From: Candidatus Hydrogenedentota bacterium
Lineage (GTDB): Bacteria > Hydrogenedentota > Hydrogenedentia > Hydrogenedentales > SLHB01
NCBI GenBank assembly: GCA_045863295.1
Contig: BTWA01000003.1
Span: 115,158 to 179,157 of the forward strand
DNA: 64,000 nucleotides
Direction: 5' to 3'
Position numbers and translations under genes: made by a program. This document shows positions 10,068-19,289 of the stretch, one piece after another (position 1 is the stretch's first letter; each line of letters opens with the position of its first letter). The notes under the pieces are model-generated. The model was not told the DNA's origin. It ran no database searches and saw nothing but the letters and a program-made list of their open reading frames with translations.

Positions 10068-10454
10068 TCAAGGACCGCTTTTCCGCTTTTCCAGGGCGTC
10101 GACAGACTTGGCTAAGAGCGCCACCTCCTGAGCCAATGTGCGGTTTCGTTCTGACAGGCGCGATATTACTACGGTAAAGCTCAGCACGATACCGAGTGTG
10201 AAGATGAAATACATTGCGAACAAGAGCGTCAGATACTGGAAGTGCAGCCAGTTGGACACCGCCACGATGATATTCGGAAAGACTCCAACCACAAGCCCTG
10301 CCCCAGACGTAACCAGCCACAACAAGGCGTAGCGTTCCTTGAGGTAGCCGCGCCTGACCAGTTCCAGTACCGCTGCCAGTAATGCCAGGCTCAACAGCAG
10401 CAAGCCGATTCGGTGTGCGGGATGGATACCCATGAGTTGGTATTCAGGTGGCAT
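10068..10454 (-). CDS. DUF2304 family small membrane protein (common partner of polyprenol-phosphate GT2)
   Basis: LLSLALLAAVLELVRRGYLKERYALLWL matches the DUF2304 pattern. A GGAGA SD lies 5 nt upstream of the ATG at 10454. It is the last gene of the glycan operon. Confidence 0.6.
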   Translation of the reverse strand: MPPEYQLMGIHPAHRIGLLLLSLALLAAVLELVRRGYLKERYALLWLVTSGAGLVVGVFPNIIVAVSNWLHFQYLTLLFAMYFIFTLGIVLSFTVVISRLSERNRTLAQEVALLAKSVDALEKRKSGP

Positions 10455-11172
10455 CGGTATCTCCGGGTCGTGCCGTGTATTTCCGGAACACATCGATGAA
10501 GATGGCCAATCCGACTTTGACCATATAGTACACGGCCCGCAGAGGCGTAATGGACGTGCGGCCGCCTTGGCGCGGGTTCATATCCACCGGTACTTCGACA
10601 GCGCGCAGGCCGTGTTTGTGCAGAATAACCAGCGCCTCCGCCTCGGGGTAGTCGTCGGGATAATGGTGGGCGAAGACTTTTAGCGCCTTCCGGTTGGCGG
10701 CGCGGAACCCGCTTGTGGTGTCGGTGATGCCTCCACCGACTACGGTATCTACCAGCCGGGACAGCATCGATTTGCCGATGCGCCGGAACACCGAAGGGGT
10801 GTATTCGGAATCGGCGACGAATCGCGAGCCAATCACCAGATCACAGTCTCCCTGTTCCAGCCGCGACAGTAGTCGCGGAATCTGATGCGCTGGGTGTTGA
10901 CCGTCGGCGTCGCATTGTATGGCGACGTCGAATCCCTCACGGACGGCATATTTGAATCCGGTTTGCACCGCGCTGCCAATCCCCATGTTGAACGGCAGTC
11001 GAATCAAGTTGACGCCATCCATGCTCCGCACAATGGCCGCAGTCGCGTCCGCCGATCCGTCATCTATTACAAGGATAGCGCCATTGGGGACGTGCGCTTT
11101 CAGTGAAGCTACAACATCTGCAATGGTATCTGCTTCGTTGTACGCGGGAATAATAATTAGAATCCGCATCAT
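10444..11172 (-). CDS. GT2 family polyprenol-phosphate glycosyltransferase (DPM1/GtrB/ArnC-like)
   Basis: ILIIIPAYNEADTI...VIDDGSAD...DAD signature DxD motifs. About 240 aa, soluble-type GT2. Its ATG overlaps the TGA of the upstream gene (ATGA at 11169-11172). Confidence 0.8.
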   Translation of the reverse strand: MMRILIIIPAYNEADTIADVVASLKAHVPNGAILVIDDGSADATAAIVRSMDGVNLIRLPFNMGIGSAVQTGFKYAVREGFDVAIQCDADGQHPAHQIPRLLSRLEQGDCDLVIGSRFVADSEYTPSVFRRIGKSMLSRLVDTVVGGGITDTTSGFRAANRKALKVFAHHYPDDYPEAEALVILHKHGLRAVEVPVDMNPRQGGRTSITPLRAVYYMVKVGLAIFIDVFRKYTARPGDTDAT

Positions 11173-12236
11173 GATCGGCGTTCCCGAACAAACGTCCCAT
11201 AGTAGGCCAGGCCGGCAATCAGGCCGAGTCCGCGCGCAACATCGCGGAAGAAGTATAGCGGCCACGCCCAAAAAGTACCGAGGTACTTATACTCGTTCTG
11301 GGCATTATGCATCATGACGTTTCTCTGCAATCGATATCGCACGCGAGAAAAAAAGATAGAAACCGGAAGCATCACCACGATACACGCAAGCACCGCGAGT
11401 TTGCCAAAGGCACCAATTGGAGATTCCAGATCGAACGCTCTCCCGGCTATCTCAACACTGACAGACACTATAACGAGCAAATAGAAGAATAGCTCTAAAA
11501 TGGCCGCGGGCGGCGCCCACAATTCGGCCTTGCCCGCGTATTGATCGCCGCTGCGCCGGTTCGGGTGATTCACGTAAATCTTCACCCGCCAGAAACCGTG
11601 CCGCGCCTGAGTGCGCAGGTAGTTCCACATTTTGTCGGGGTGATGATGGGCCACACGAGCCTCTTTTATAAACCGCAAGATACCGCCGTTGTCCTGCAAC
11701 CGGTAGGCGAGATCATTATCCTCGCCGGAAGCCTTTTTGAATGTTTCGTCGAAACCTCCGGCGAGATCATACGCGGACTTGAGATAGGCCACGTTGAATG
11801 AACCCAGGAAGTCGACCTCCGTTTCGAACAGAGCATGCCTATACTCTATTTCGGCCTGTATCAGGCCCGCGAGCACGCTTTCCGGATTGGCAATGGTATA
11901 GGTGCCACCGACTCCGACGACGCCCTCGCCAAATCCGCTGACCAAATGCTCAATCCAATCAGTTTCCGGTATGCAGTCGCTGTCGGTAAACGCGATGATG
12001 TCGCTATCCGCGATTCTGGATCCGTGATTGCGCGCGGCAGCCGGCCCTCCATTTTCCTGATAGATGTACGTTACCGGAAAGCTCTTGGATACGTCTGCTG
12101 TATCGTCGGTGGATCCGTCGTCAACGACGATGACATCGTCGATGGGATAGGACTGGTTCAAACAAGCGTCGATACACGCCGCTATCGTACTTCCGGCATT
12201 ATATGCGGGGATTATAATCGCTACGGTTGGCTGCAC
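11169..12236 (-). CDS. GT2 family glycosyltransferase with a C-terminal transmembrane region
   Basis: VAIIIPAYNAGSTI...VVDDGSTDDT...TDSD motifs. Hydrophobic C-terminal segments. Confidence 0.8.
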   Translation of the reverse strand: MQPTVAIIIPAYNAGSTIAACIDACLNQSYPIDDVIVVDDGSTDDTADVSKSFPVTYIYQENGGPAAARNHGSRIADSDIIAFTDSDCIPETDWIEHLVSGFGEGVVGVGGTYTIANPESVLAGLIQAEIEYRHALFETEVDFLGSFNVAYLKSAYDLAGGFDETFKKASGEDNDLAYRLQDNGGILRFIKEARVAHHHPDKMWNYLRTQARHGFWRVKIYVNHPNRRSGDQYAGKAELWAPPAAILELFFYLLVIVSVSVEIAGRAFDLESPIGAFGKLAVLACIVVMLPVSIFFSRVRYRLQRNVMMHNAQNEYKYLGTFWAWPLYFFRDVARGLGLIAGLAYYGTFVRERRS

Positions 12237-12244
12237 GCCTTCCC

Positions 12245-13756
12245 CTACTTTGCGTTTGCGTCGTCAACGCGCTGGCTCCAGAATGCTTCGGCCTTGTTGT
12301 GATACGCGATTACCTCGGCAAGTTTTTCCGGATCGTCGTGCTTTACTCTTTCCCGGCGCTCGCGAGTCCAATCGAGAAAGAATTGCGCGGATTCGCGGCT
12401 GACACGACGGGGATTCTCGCCGATCTCCACATAAAAGGGTGCCGAGGAGGCGAAACGAAATGTATGTTGAACATCCGCGATAACCCGCACAAGAAACCAA
12501 CCGCTGTCTTCAAATGCGACAGACGCCAAAAATCCATCAGCGGCGACATCCTCCCTCGCGACGGTATGGGTTACTCGCCCGTTTTTTACAATTTCTATCG
12601 TGGTGTACGGGTCTCGCGCGATAATTTCCGCGGACACATCCACACTCAGGGGGGAGGCGGACTTAAACACATGTCCCGGCAATTCGCCGCTGGCGGCTGC
12701 CAACAGCAAGGGTCCGTTCGTGACGAAACTTCTCCCGGCAAGCAGCCCCTTCCACCACTTCTCATAAGTCAACTCGCCATCCAATTGCACATAAACGCGG
12801 TTGTATCCCACGGGATTGGGCAGCACACCGGACGCACTTCCGGCGGAGGGCGGTACGCGCAATCCGGTGTTGAGCAGGTGGTAGTAGATTTCCTGCGTCC
12901 ATGTGCCGTTGCCTCGAGGCGCTGGCAGGCGAACGGCATCGCGCGGTTTACCCCACGCTTCGCTTTCGTACATGCCGCCGCGGCACATATGGTTATTTGC
13001 AAGCCCTATGGAATCGCCGTGGCCCATGGCCAGCGCGGTCGGCACATCCCACCAGAATGGCTTTTCGATATCGATGTAAGTCTCCCGCTCATCGGCCACG
13101 CGTTCGAGAAAGGACATAGGTGAGGGCCATTCCCGGTCGGCTTTGGAAATCTCAAGAGGTTCTGTCCGGTTGAAGTAGAGAAAGGCGCCGCCTTCCCGCT
13201 CGTCTTCACCTCCCATTATGTGGTAGTAGCGATTGCCGGCGAGCTTCCGGAGTAGGGGTTCTTGAGGCGCGGTATCGCCCCACAGATTTTTTGCATTCCA
13301 CCAGGTAATGAATGGGGCTATGTACAGGTCTTCTGATTGCATTAGCAATTCGGCATGTTCGATGGGCCTGTGAACGTGGAGATCGCCGCACCACCACCCG
13401 CGAGAGGCCATGTTCGCCATCCGGTTCAGCGAAGCGACCACATCCTGTTTGCCTCCTCCGGCGAGTTCAAACGTGCCGGACACGGCACGATACTCCGGTC
13501 CCCGGTCTATTTCGTACGAATACGATCCGGGCGGCACATCGAGCGCGGCGGTGCCGTCGCACGAAAAATGATCGTGCCACCAAGGATAGCTTTCTACTTT
13601 GACCGGCTTGTGCTCCGCATCCCAGAGGTGAATGCGACACGGGATGGCTTGGTCATTTTCCGTGACCCGAAAAGTTACTATTTCCGCAAAGAGACACGCG
13701 GGCCCGGCCATTAGCGCTGCCGCCATGCAAAGAGCGATTCTTTCCATCATTGACAT
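12245..13756 (-). CDS. Secreted PHP-domain (CehA/McbA-like) metallohydrolase family protein embedded in the glycan operon
   Basis: Signal peptide. VPPGSYSYEIDRGPEY beta-sandwich followed by GWWCGDLHVHRP metal-binding motif. Paralog of 1144-3291. 9 nt from the downstream GT2. Confidence 0.6.
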   Translation of the reverse strand: MSMMERIALCMAAALMAGPACLFAEIVTFRVTENDQAIPCRIHLWDAEHKPVKVESYPWWHDHFSCDGTAALDVPPGSYSYEIDRGPEYRAVSGTFELAGGGKQDVVASLNRMANMASRGWWCGDLHVHRPIEHAELLMQSEDLYIAPFITWWNAKNLWGDTAPQEPLLRKLAGNRYYHIMGGEDEREGGAFLYFNRTEPLEISKADREWPSPMSFLERVADERETYIDIEKPFWWDVPTALAMGHGDSIGLANNHMCRGGMYESEAWGKPRDAVRLPAPRGNGTWTQEIYYHLLNTGLRVPPSAGSASGVLPNPVGYNRVYVQLDGELTYEKWWKGLLAGRSFVTNGPLLLAAASGELPGHVFKSASPLSVDVSAEIIARDPYTTIEIVKNGRVTHTVAREDVAADGFLASVAFEDSGWFLVRVIADVQHTFRFASSAPFYVEIGENPRRVSRESAQFFLDWTRERRERVKHDDPEKLAEVIAYHNKAEAFWSQRVDDANAK

Positions 13757-13842
13757 ACCCCTCGCACCGCTACCCTGGACATTCCCATAACAATATCATA
13801 CGCCGTTTAACCGAGCCGTGCTAAACCGATGGCCGAAGTATA

Positions 13843-14337
13843 CTAACGCGAACGCGCAAGGTTCATGGCCACTTGTGCCACCGCGGACTGTATGGAGCGC
13901 ACCAGGGGAACAGTGGCCGGCTCGTAGTCTGTTTTAGCCGGAAGGGGGTTGGCGAGCGCTTCCGCCAAATCATCCATGTGTACAATCATTCGGCCCCAGC
14001 CACGCCGCGCCACGGCTTGCGCCAAATCCAACTGATGATCGTCCATATGCTCATTGTGTTTTTTCAGGCGCGGCACCACAATAAGGGGACGCGAGGCCTG
14101 CATGGCCTCAATGACACATCCGATGCCCGCATGAGCGACAATGACCCGGGCTTCCCGCTGCAGCGCTACAATTTCTTGTCTGGGTTTGAACCGGAAATGT
14201 TCGCAGTGAACGGGCACGGTTTCCCCCATGCCGATCTGGCAAATGATTCGTTCGCCCGTGGATTGGGCGATGTCGTCCATCTTGCGAATGAGCCGCGCGA
14301 AATCGAGAAACATGGTGCCGACGGTGACATAGATCAT
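13843..14337 (-). CDS. Alg13-like glycosyltransferase subunit (GT28 C-terminal domain, PssE/Cps14G-like)
   Basis: MIYVTVGTMFLDF...VIVAHAGIGCVIEA...PLIVVPR pattern of Alg13/EpsF-type subunits. ATG overlaps the Alg14 stop (ATGA at 14334-14337). Confidence 0.7.
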   Translation of the reverse strand: MIYVTVGTMFLDFARLIRKMDDIAQSTGERIICQIGMGETVPVHCEHFRFKPRQEIVALQREARVIVAHAGIGCVIEAMQASRPLIVVPRLKKHNEHMDDHQLDLAQAVARRGWGRMIVHMDDLAEALANPLPAKTDYEPATVPLVRSIQSAVAQVAMNLARSR

Positions 14338-14825
14338 GGATTTGATCCCCGCCATTCGTCCACCAGACTGCCTTTGAATAACGCTTTGGGCCCGTACACG
14401 GGCTGCAATTCCGGCCATTGCACGTAGAACCAGTCGGCCAGGTGATACATAATGCGGCCGGTAAACGAGGGTCTTGTCACTTGGGCGCCGCATTCGACGT
14501 AGATAACCGGCGTGCGAAAGAACAGTTTTCCAATCACGACGGCGGGAATAGCAATTTCCGCACCGGTTGAGACAATCAAATTGGGCTTTTCCTTACGAAA
14601 TATTCGCCACACGCGCACGAGGTTTTTCGCCATTTCGATGGGATTGCGCGCCATGTTTGGAATCCGGTAGGCGGGATCCAAATGGCGGGTTGTGTCTGCG
14701 TCGTAACAGAAGTAAAACGTCCGATGCCCGTCGAAGGCCCCGAGCAATTGCAGCATTTCGGTGAGATGGCCGCCATGCGAGCATACAAGACAAATGGAAA
14801 GACGAGGCAGCGCCGAGTCCGTCAT
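14334..14825 (-). CDS. Alg14-like glycosyltransferase membrane-anchoring subunit (PssD/Cps14F-like)
   Basis: ICLVCSHGGHLTEMLQL...LIVSTGAEIAIPAV pattern of Alg14. Forms the bipartite UDP-sugar transferase with the adjacent Alg13-like gene. Confidence 0.7.
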   Translation of the reverse strand: MTDSALPRLSICLVCSHGGHLTEMLQLLGAFDGHRTFYFCYDADTTRHLDPAYRIPNMARNPIEMAKNLVRVWRIFRKEKPNLIVSTGAEIAIPAVVIGKLFFRTPVIYVECGAQVTRPSFTGRIMYHLADWFYVQWPELQPVYGPKALFKGSLVDEWRGSNP

Positions 14826-15811
14826 GGCGTCGCGCCGTCCCCGCGAAAGGGTTGCGGATTGGGGGTTGGCCGCGCATTACCGGGGATAGGGGTAAGCAAT
14901 CCTTTTAAAATGCCCCACGAGTAGGGCCATATAATAATCCATCGGGCAATCCACCGGGGAGCGGCCTTGGAAATACTGTTGAACTGAACCGTCAAGTAGG
15001 CGAACGTGGCGATCAGGGGCAATGCAGCGGTCGCGAGTCCTATCAACGGATTCAAAAATGCGAGAGCGATACCGGAAAGAAAGGTGGCCGCAAGAATAGG
15101 AATGACGAGGGTATACCACCACAAGCCTTCATACCACCCGGCCGCGCGCAACATGACGACGATATCTTTCCCCATCATCACGGCTTTGCGCCAGAGTCCC
15201 TTTAACCGTGTTTCGTAGTGGTGGTGCACCGCGGCATCCGCTTCAAACCAGATTTTCCACCCGGCCTTTCTCAGTGCCATGGACACATAGACATCTTCGG
15301 CTGCGCTGTGACCCGGCAGGCGGAGCCACCCCCCCACCTCGGCCAGTGCTGCCATTCGAAATGCGCTGTTACCCCCTATGACGCCGTCGGTCTCGCCCGT
15401 ATCCCGGGTCTCCACAAGAAACCACATGTGATGGAGCCACGCCGCAAGATTGCGGGGCCCGATCGGAGGGTGGCGGCCGGTAACTGCCGCGACGTCCGCC
15501 CGGGAGTCCAGGACCTGTTTCATTCGTTCGACCCATACTGGCGCGAGCACGCAGTCGGCGTCGGTGAACGCGAGGTATTCGGTGCGGCATTCCGCGAGAA
15601 CCGCATTGCGCGCTTCGTACAACCCGGTGGCGTCGCTTGCGATTACCCGTGCACCGAAGGAACTTGCCACGGCAGCGGTTGGGTCGCTCAGGTTGTCGAC
15701 CGCGACAATGATTGCCTCGGGCGGGACCGTTTGCTCGGCGATGCTACGCAGGCAATTACCGATGATGCTTTCGGCGTTGCGCGCACAAATGGCCAGGGTC
15801 AAGGAAGGCAT
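14822..15811 (-). CDS. GT2 family glycosyltransferase with a C-terminal membrane domain (first gene of the operon)
   Basis: LTLAICARNAESII...VDNLSDPT...TDADC motifs. Multiple C-terminal TM segments. Stop overlaps the Alg14 ATG (ATGA). Confidence 0.75.
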   Translation of the reverse strand: MPSLTLAICARNAESIIGNCLRSIAEQTVPPEAIIVAVDNLSDPTAAVASSFGARVIASDATGLYEARNAVLAECRTEYLAFTDADCVLAPVWVERMKQVLDSRADVAAVTGRHPPIGPRNLAAWLHHMWFLVETRDTGETDGVIGGNSAFRMAALAEVGGWLRLPGHSAAEDVYVSMALRKAGWKIWFEADAAVHHHYETRLKGLWRKAVMMGKDIVVMLRAAGWYEGLWWYTLVIPILAATFLSGIALAFLNPLIGLATAALPLIATFAYLTVQFNSISKAAPRWIARWIIIWPYSWGILKGLLTPIPGNARPTPNPQPFRGDGATP

Positions 15812-15954
15812 GCGATTCCTTTCAGGACATAGTTCCCACACGACTGCGCATTGAGCGTAGCATACGGCGTGGCAACGGGTGCGGCAACCGGCCTTGACTG
15901 GCTGAGCGCAAATTGTCTACTTTGGCCGCCTTGGGTCTGTTCTGTGCACTGTGG

Positions 15955-16026
15955 GCCCCGGTAGTTCAATGGATAGAACGAGTCCCTCCTAAGGACTAAA
16001 TCTGGGTTCGATTCCCGGCCGGGGCA
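15955..16026 (+). tRNA. tRNA-Arg (anticodon CCT)
   Basis: Manual cloverleaf. Acceptor GCCCCGG/CCGGGGC, D-arm GTTC-AATGGATA-GAAC, anticodon arm AGTCC-CTCCTAA-GGACT (anticodon CCT), T-arm CTGGG-TTCGATT-CCCGG, discriminator A. No encoded CCA. Confidence 0.8.
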
Positions 16027-16092
16027 TATAGCATAAGTTATTTTAACTAAATAGCTTGCCTCGAAAGTGCCTGAGTTTTTCGCAATCGATTC

Positions 16093-16122
16093 TTGACAGA
16101 AAAACTCGAAAAAGCCATAATC
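16093..16122 (+). promoter_or_regulatory. Sigma70-like promoter candidate in the AT-rich spacer after the tRNA
   Basis: TTGACA (16093-16098), 18-nt spacer, ATAATC (16117-16122). The local region is distinctly AT-rich relative to the window. Confidence 0.3.
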
Positions 16123-16173
16123 TAATGTAGAGAAATAGGACTGCGAACTGATTGCCCAGCGCGAAAGGGCGCT

Positions 16174-16824
16174 GTGTGTCGTGAGTGCATTGTCTTGGTC
16201 ACCATGCGTGGCAAGGTATGTACGCGCGGTATGGGAAGTGGTGTCATGGGCGTTCGAATCGGCGATAGCGCACAACGCTTGGAAGCGTTTCGATTCGCGT
16301 CGTTCAATACGGCGGGAGCGGCCGCACCGCGCGCTTCGGAAGCAGCCATTCCAACGGTTGGGTTTGGTTCCAGGTCCAACGAATCCGGTGCGGCGTCCAC
16401 GCTTTTTCCTGAGGAGCGCCCGGAACCGCAGCGCGTTGGATTTGGCACGGGAACCGTGTCAGCGCCGGCAGCGGCATTGCGCACGCTGGATCGGAATCTT
16501 GCGGAAGCGGAGAAAATCGTCCCCACCTTTGAAGAACTTCAGCAGGAAGTCCGGGACCGGATTACTCGCGAGCAGGAACGTTTGGCGCGGGAAAATCCGC
16601 CCACGAGTTCTCCGGCAACGTTTGACTTGCGCGAGGCCACGACCAGAGCTTCGGATACAGCGCGCGGATTTGTAAACGGTTTGAACGATGCGGCCGGCAC
16701 TGCGCGGGCGCGATTGCAAGGCGAGACACCGCCGGAAACCAATCGCATCGATGTACGCGTGGGCAGCGAGCAGGTTGCGCTGACGCGATCGACACAAACC
16801 CCCGCTTTTGAATTTTTTGCCTGA
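16174..16824 (+). CDS. Hypothetical protein (Ala/Glu/Arg-rich, no recognisable domain)
   Basis: Longest ORF in the region with moderate GC3. Several overlapping ORFs on both strands compete, so the call is weak. Confidence 0.3.
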   Translation: MCRECIVLVTMRGKVCTRGMGSGVMGVRIGDSAQRLEAFRFASFNTAGAAAPRASEAAIPTVGFGSRSNESGAASTLFPEERPEPQRVGFGTGTVSAPAAALRTLDRNLAEAEKIVPTFEELQQEVRDRITREQERLARENPPTSSPATFDLREATTRASDTARGFVNGLNDAAGTARARLQGETPPETNRIDVRVGSEQVALTRSTQTPAFEFFA

Positions 16825-16944
16825 CATCCCCTTTTCGTTTCACTTCTTCGATTGCAGTACACTTGTGGAATGTCCCACGTGTGAATTCTATTCTGCTAGA
16901 CTCCAAGAATCGAGGGATACCGGGTGGTCGTTTTGAAGACTTCG

Positions 16945-17340
16945 ATGCGCTATCTGATGGCCGTGTTGTTCGTTGCGGCAGGCGCAAATCATTTCATCAA
17001 TCCCGATTTCTATATCCAGATCATGCCGACGTACCTGCCGTTCCCTCGCGCACTGGTATTGTTGAGCGGCCTCACAGAGATTGCGGGCGGCGTTATGCTG
17101 TGCTTTCGCAAGACGGCTGTGGTTGGAGCATGGAGCATAGTGGCGATGTTGGTTGTGTTTTTTCTGGTGCACATCGACATGATCATTCACGCGGATCGGT
17201 ATCCGAGCATGCCCATGTGGGGCCTTGTACTGCGGTTGTTGTTGCAGTTTCTTTTGATTGCGTGGGCATGTTGGTTTACCCGGCCCGTATCCAATGCCGC
17301 TGCGACAATTTTCGATCGGCAAGCAAAGCAGGAGCAGTAA
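16945..17340 (+). CDS. DoxX family membrane protein
   Basis: MRYLMAVLFVAAGANHF...LLSGLTEIAGGVMLCF has three to four TM helices in the DoxX/SURF4 pattern. Confidence 0.6.
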   Translation: MRYLMAVLFVAAGANHFINPDFYIQIMPTYLPFPRALVLLSGLTEIAGGVMLCFRKTAVVGAWSIVAMLVVFFLVHIDMIIHADRYPSMPMWGLVLRLLLQFLLIAWACWFTRPVSNAAATIFDRQAKQEQ

Positions 17341-17345
17341 GAGAC

Positions 17346-17729
17346 ATGAGTCGAAATGGGTTTCTGGCGGTGTCGGGGGTATTGGGCGCACTGGCGGTCG
17401 GTCTGGGGGCGTTTGGGGCGCACGGACTCAAGGATCGCTTGTCCACGGAAATGCTGGCCGTTTGGCACACGGCCGTGCAGTATCATTTTTACCATGCAAT
17501 TGCGATGCTGGCCGTGGCTGCGGGCGTGGCTGGATTGTGGAAACAACCCTTGACCGGTTGGGCGTGCTGGGCGTGGACCTTGGGCATCGTCGTTTTCTCC
17601 GGCAGTCTGTATGCCCTTGCGCTGACTGGAATCAAGATACTAGGCGCGATTACCCCGTTTGGCGGCGTGGCCTTTATTGCGGGATGGGTATTGATTGCCA
17701 TTGCCGGCTGGAAAGCTTCTCTGGAGTAG
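17346..17729 (+). CDS. DUF423 family membrane protein
   Basis: LAVSGVLGALAVGLGAFGAHGL...YHFYHAIAML pattern typical of DUF423 (YgdD-like). Starts 6 nt after the DoxX stop. Confidence 0.65.
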   Translation: MSRNGFLAVSGVLGALAVGLGAFGAHGLKDRLSTEMLAVWHTAVQYHFYHAIAMLAVAAGVAGLWKQPLTGWACWAWTLGIVVFSGSLYALALTGIKILGAITPFGGVAFIAGWVLIAIAGWKASLE

Positions 17730-17819
17730 AGTCGACAGCGGGCTGTGGTATAGTGGTGTGTAGAATGTTATTCGGTCGAGCGTAAGTGGATTGAACCCGG
17801 TTTTACGCAAGGAGGCGTT

Positions 17820-17975
17820 ATGGCGGGAAGTAGTCCAAGCCCAGGCACCGTTGCCATCTTCTGGGGAGTCTTTCAGACCCTGATTCTCGTGGCGCAATTG
17901 GTTCAAGGGGTCGAGATCAATTGCGAATGCAATGACGAAGACGAGCAGAAAACAGAGGCGGCGCCGGCGAGTTAG
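17820..17975 (+). CDS. Small 51-aa membrane protein candidate (one TM helix plus acidic Cys-containing tail). Not in the ORF track.
   Basis: Perfect SD AAGGAGG 5 nt upstream of the ATG. TAGAAT -10-like hexamer at 17763-17768. Translation MAGSSPSPGTVAIFWGVFQTLILVAQLVQGVEINCECNDEDEQKTEAAPAS. The stop overlaps the convergent arfB stop. Confidence 0.4.
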   Translation: MAGSSPSPGTVAIFWGVFQTLILVAQLVQGVEINCECNDEDEQKTEAAPAS

Positions 17976-18295
17976 TCATCCGAGATTTTACCCCTGGCCG
18001 ATTTCACGCTCGATCGGCGCTTTTTTGAATCGAGCCGCCTTTCCACCGACCCTTTGGTCGGTCTGGTTGCACGCCGTCTCTTTCGCTTGCGATTTAGTGC
18101 CGCAAGCCGCTTCTCCAATTCGGCGATGGCCTCTTCACGATTGCGCGTTTGCGATCGCTCACCTTTGGCCACCACGGTAATCCCCGTGGGAATGTGATGA
18201 ACGCGAACAGCCGTTTCCGTCACATTGCGGTGCTGTCCGCCGGGGCCGCCGCTGCGGAAGAAGGTCACTTCGATATCGTTTGGGTCGATTGCCAT
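17972..18295 (-). CDS. arfB: Peptidyl-tRNA hydrolase ArfB (alternative ribosome-rescue factor)
   Basis: GGQ motif in RSGGPGGQHRNVTETAVRVHH and a basic C-terminal tail. About 107 aa from MAIDPND. Confidence 0.75.
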   Translation of the reverse strand: MAIDPNDIEVTFFRSGGPGGQHRNVTETAVRVHHIPTGITVVAKGERSQTRNREEAIAELEKRLAALNRKRKRRRATRPTKGSVERRLDSKKRRSSVKSARGKISDD

Positions 18296-18402
18296 AACCG
18301 AATCGTACCATTGCGCGAAGCGGGTTGCCAAAAATGACGGGCCGTGTGGTACAGTGTGGCGCACTTGGGGTCAAGGCAACCCGCATTGGAGACGAATGTG
18401 TT

Positions 18403-19269
18403 ATGAAGGGCATTATTCTGGCTGGCGGATCGGGCACTCGGTTGCATCCGATTACCCTGGGCATCAGCAAACAACTGATGCCTATCTACGACAAGCCGAT
18501 GATCTATTACCCGTTGTCGACGCTGATGTTTGCGGGCATTCGGGATATCCTCATCATTTCGACTCCCCACGATTTGCCTTTCTTTAGGCGACTCCTGGGG
18601 GATGGCAAGCCGCTGGGGTGTACGTTTTCGTACGCGGAGCAGGCCGTGCCGAATGGACTGGCGCAGGCGTTTGTGATCGGCGAGGAATTTGTGGGTGACG
18701 ACAAAGTGGCGCTGATCCTGGGCGACAATATTTTTTACGGCATGGGTTTGGGAAAGCATATGCGGTCGTACTCGGATCCCGATGGCGGCGTGGTGTTCGC
18801 GTATCACGTGTCGGATCCGGAGCGGTATGGCGTGGTGGATTTCGATGCGACGGGCAAGGTGCTGTCGATCGAGGAGAAACCGGCGAAACCGAAATCGAAC
18901 TATGCAGTCCCAGGGCTTTATTTCTACGACAACAGTGTGGTCGAGATTGCAAAGAATTTGAAGCCGTCCGCTCGAGGCGAATACGAAATCACGGATGTGA
19001 ATAAACATTATCTTGCCATGGGCAAGTTGAAGGTGGGTATTCTCGAACGGGGTACGGCGTGGTTGGATACGGGCACGTTTGAGTCATTGATGCAGGCGGC
19101 GCAGTTTGTGCAGGTGATTGAAGACCGGCAGGCCCTGAAGATCGGCTGCATCGAAGAGGCGGCGTATCGAATGGGGTTCATTGATGCGGCGCAAATGAAA
19201 GCGTTGGCGGAACCGCTGCGGAAGTCGGGGTATGGGGACTATTTGCTGAAGTGTTTGGATCATAAGTAA
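18403..19269 (+). CDS. rfbA: Glucose-1-phosphate thymidylyltransferase
   Basis: [39 protein letters not shown] is the RmlA signature. Full-length 288 aa. Confidence 0.85.
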   Translation: MKGIILAGGSGTRLHPITLGISKQLMPIYDKPMIYYPLSTLMFAGIRDILIISTPHDLPFFRRLLGDGKPLGCTFSYAEQAVPNGLAQAFVIGEEFVGDDKVALILGDNIFYGMGLGKHMRSYSDPDGGVVFAYHVSDPERYGVVDFDATGKVLSIEEKPAKPKSNYAVPGLYFYDNSVVEIAKNLKPSARGEYEITDVNKHYLAMGKLKVGILERGTAWLDTGTFESLMQAAQFVQVIEDRQALKIGCIEEAAYRMGFIDAAQMKALAEPLRKSGYGDYLLKCLDHK

Positions 19270-19289
19270 TAGTTGCGGGGTGGTTGGCT

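Noticed and set aside
16863-17729. Single 288-aa ORF spanning the DoxX and DUF423 region
   Set aside because: Its 5' half is an out-of-frame overlap of the DoxX gene. Only the part from the ATG at 17346 (DUF423) is accepted.
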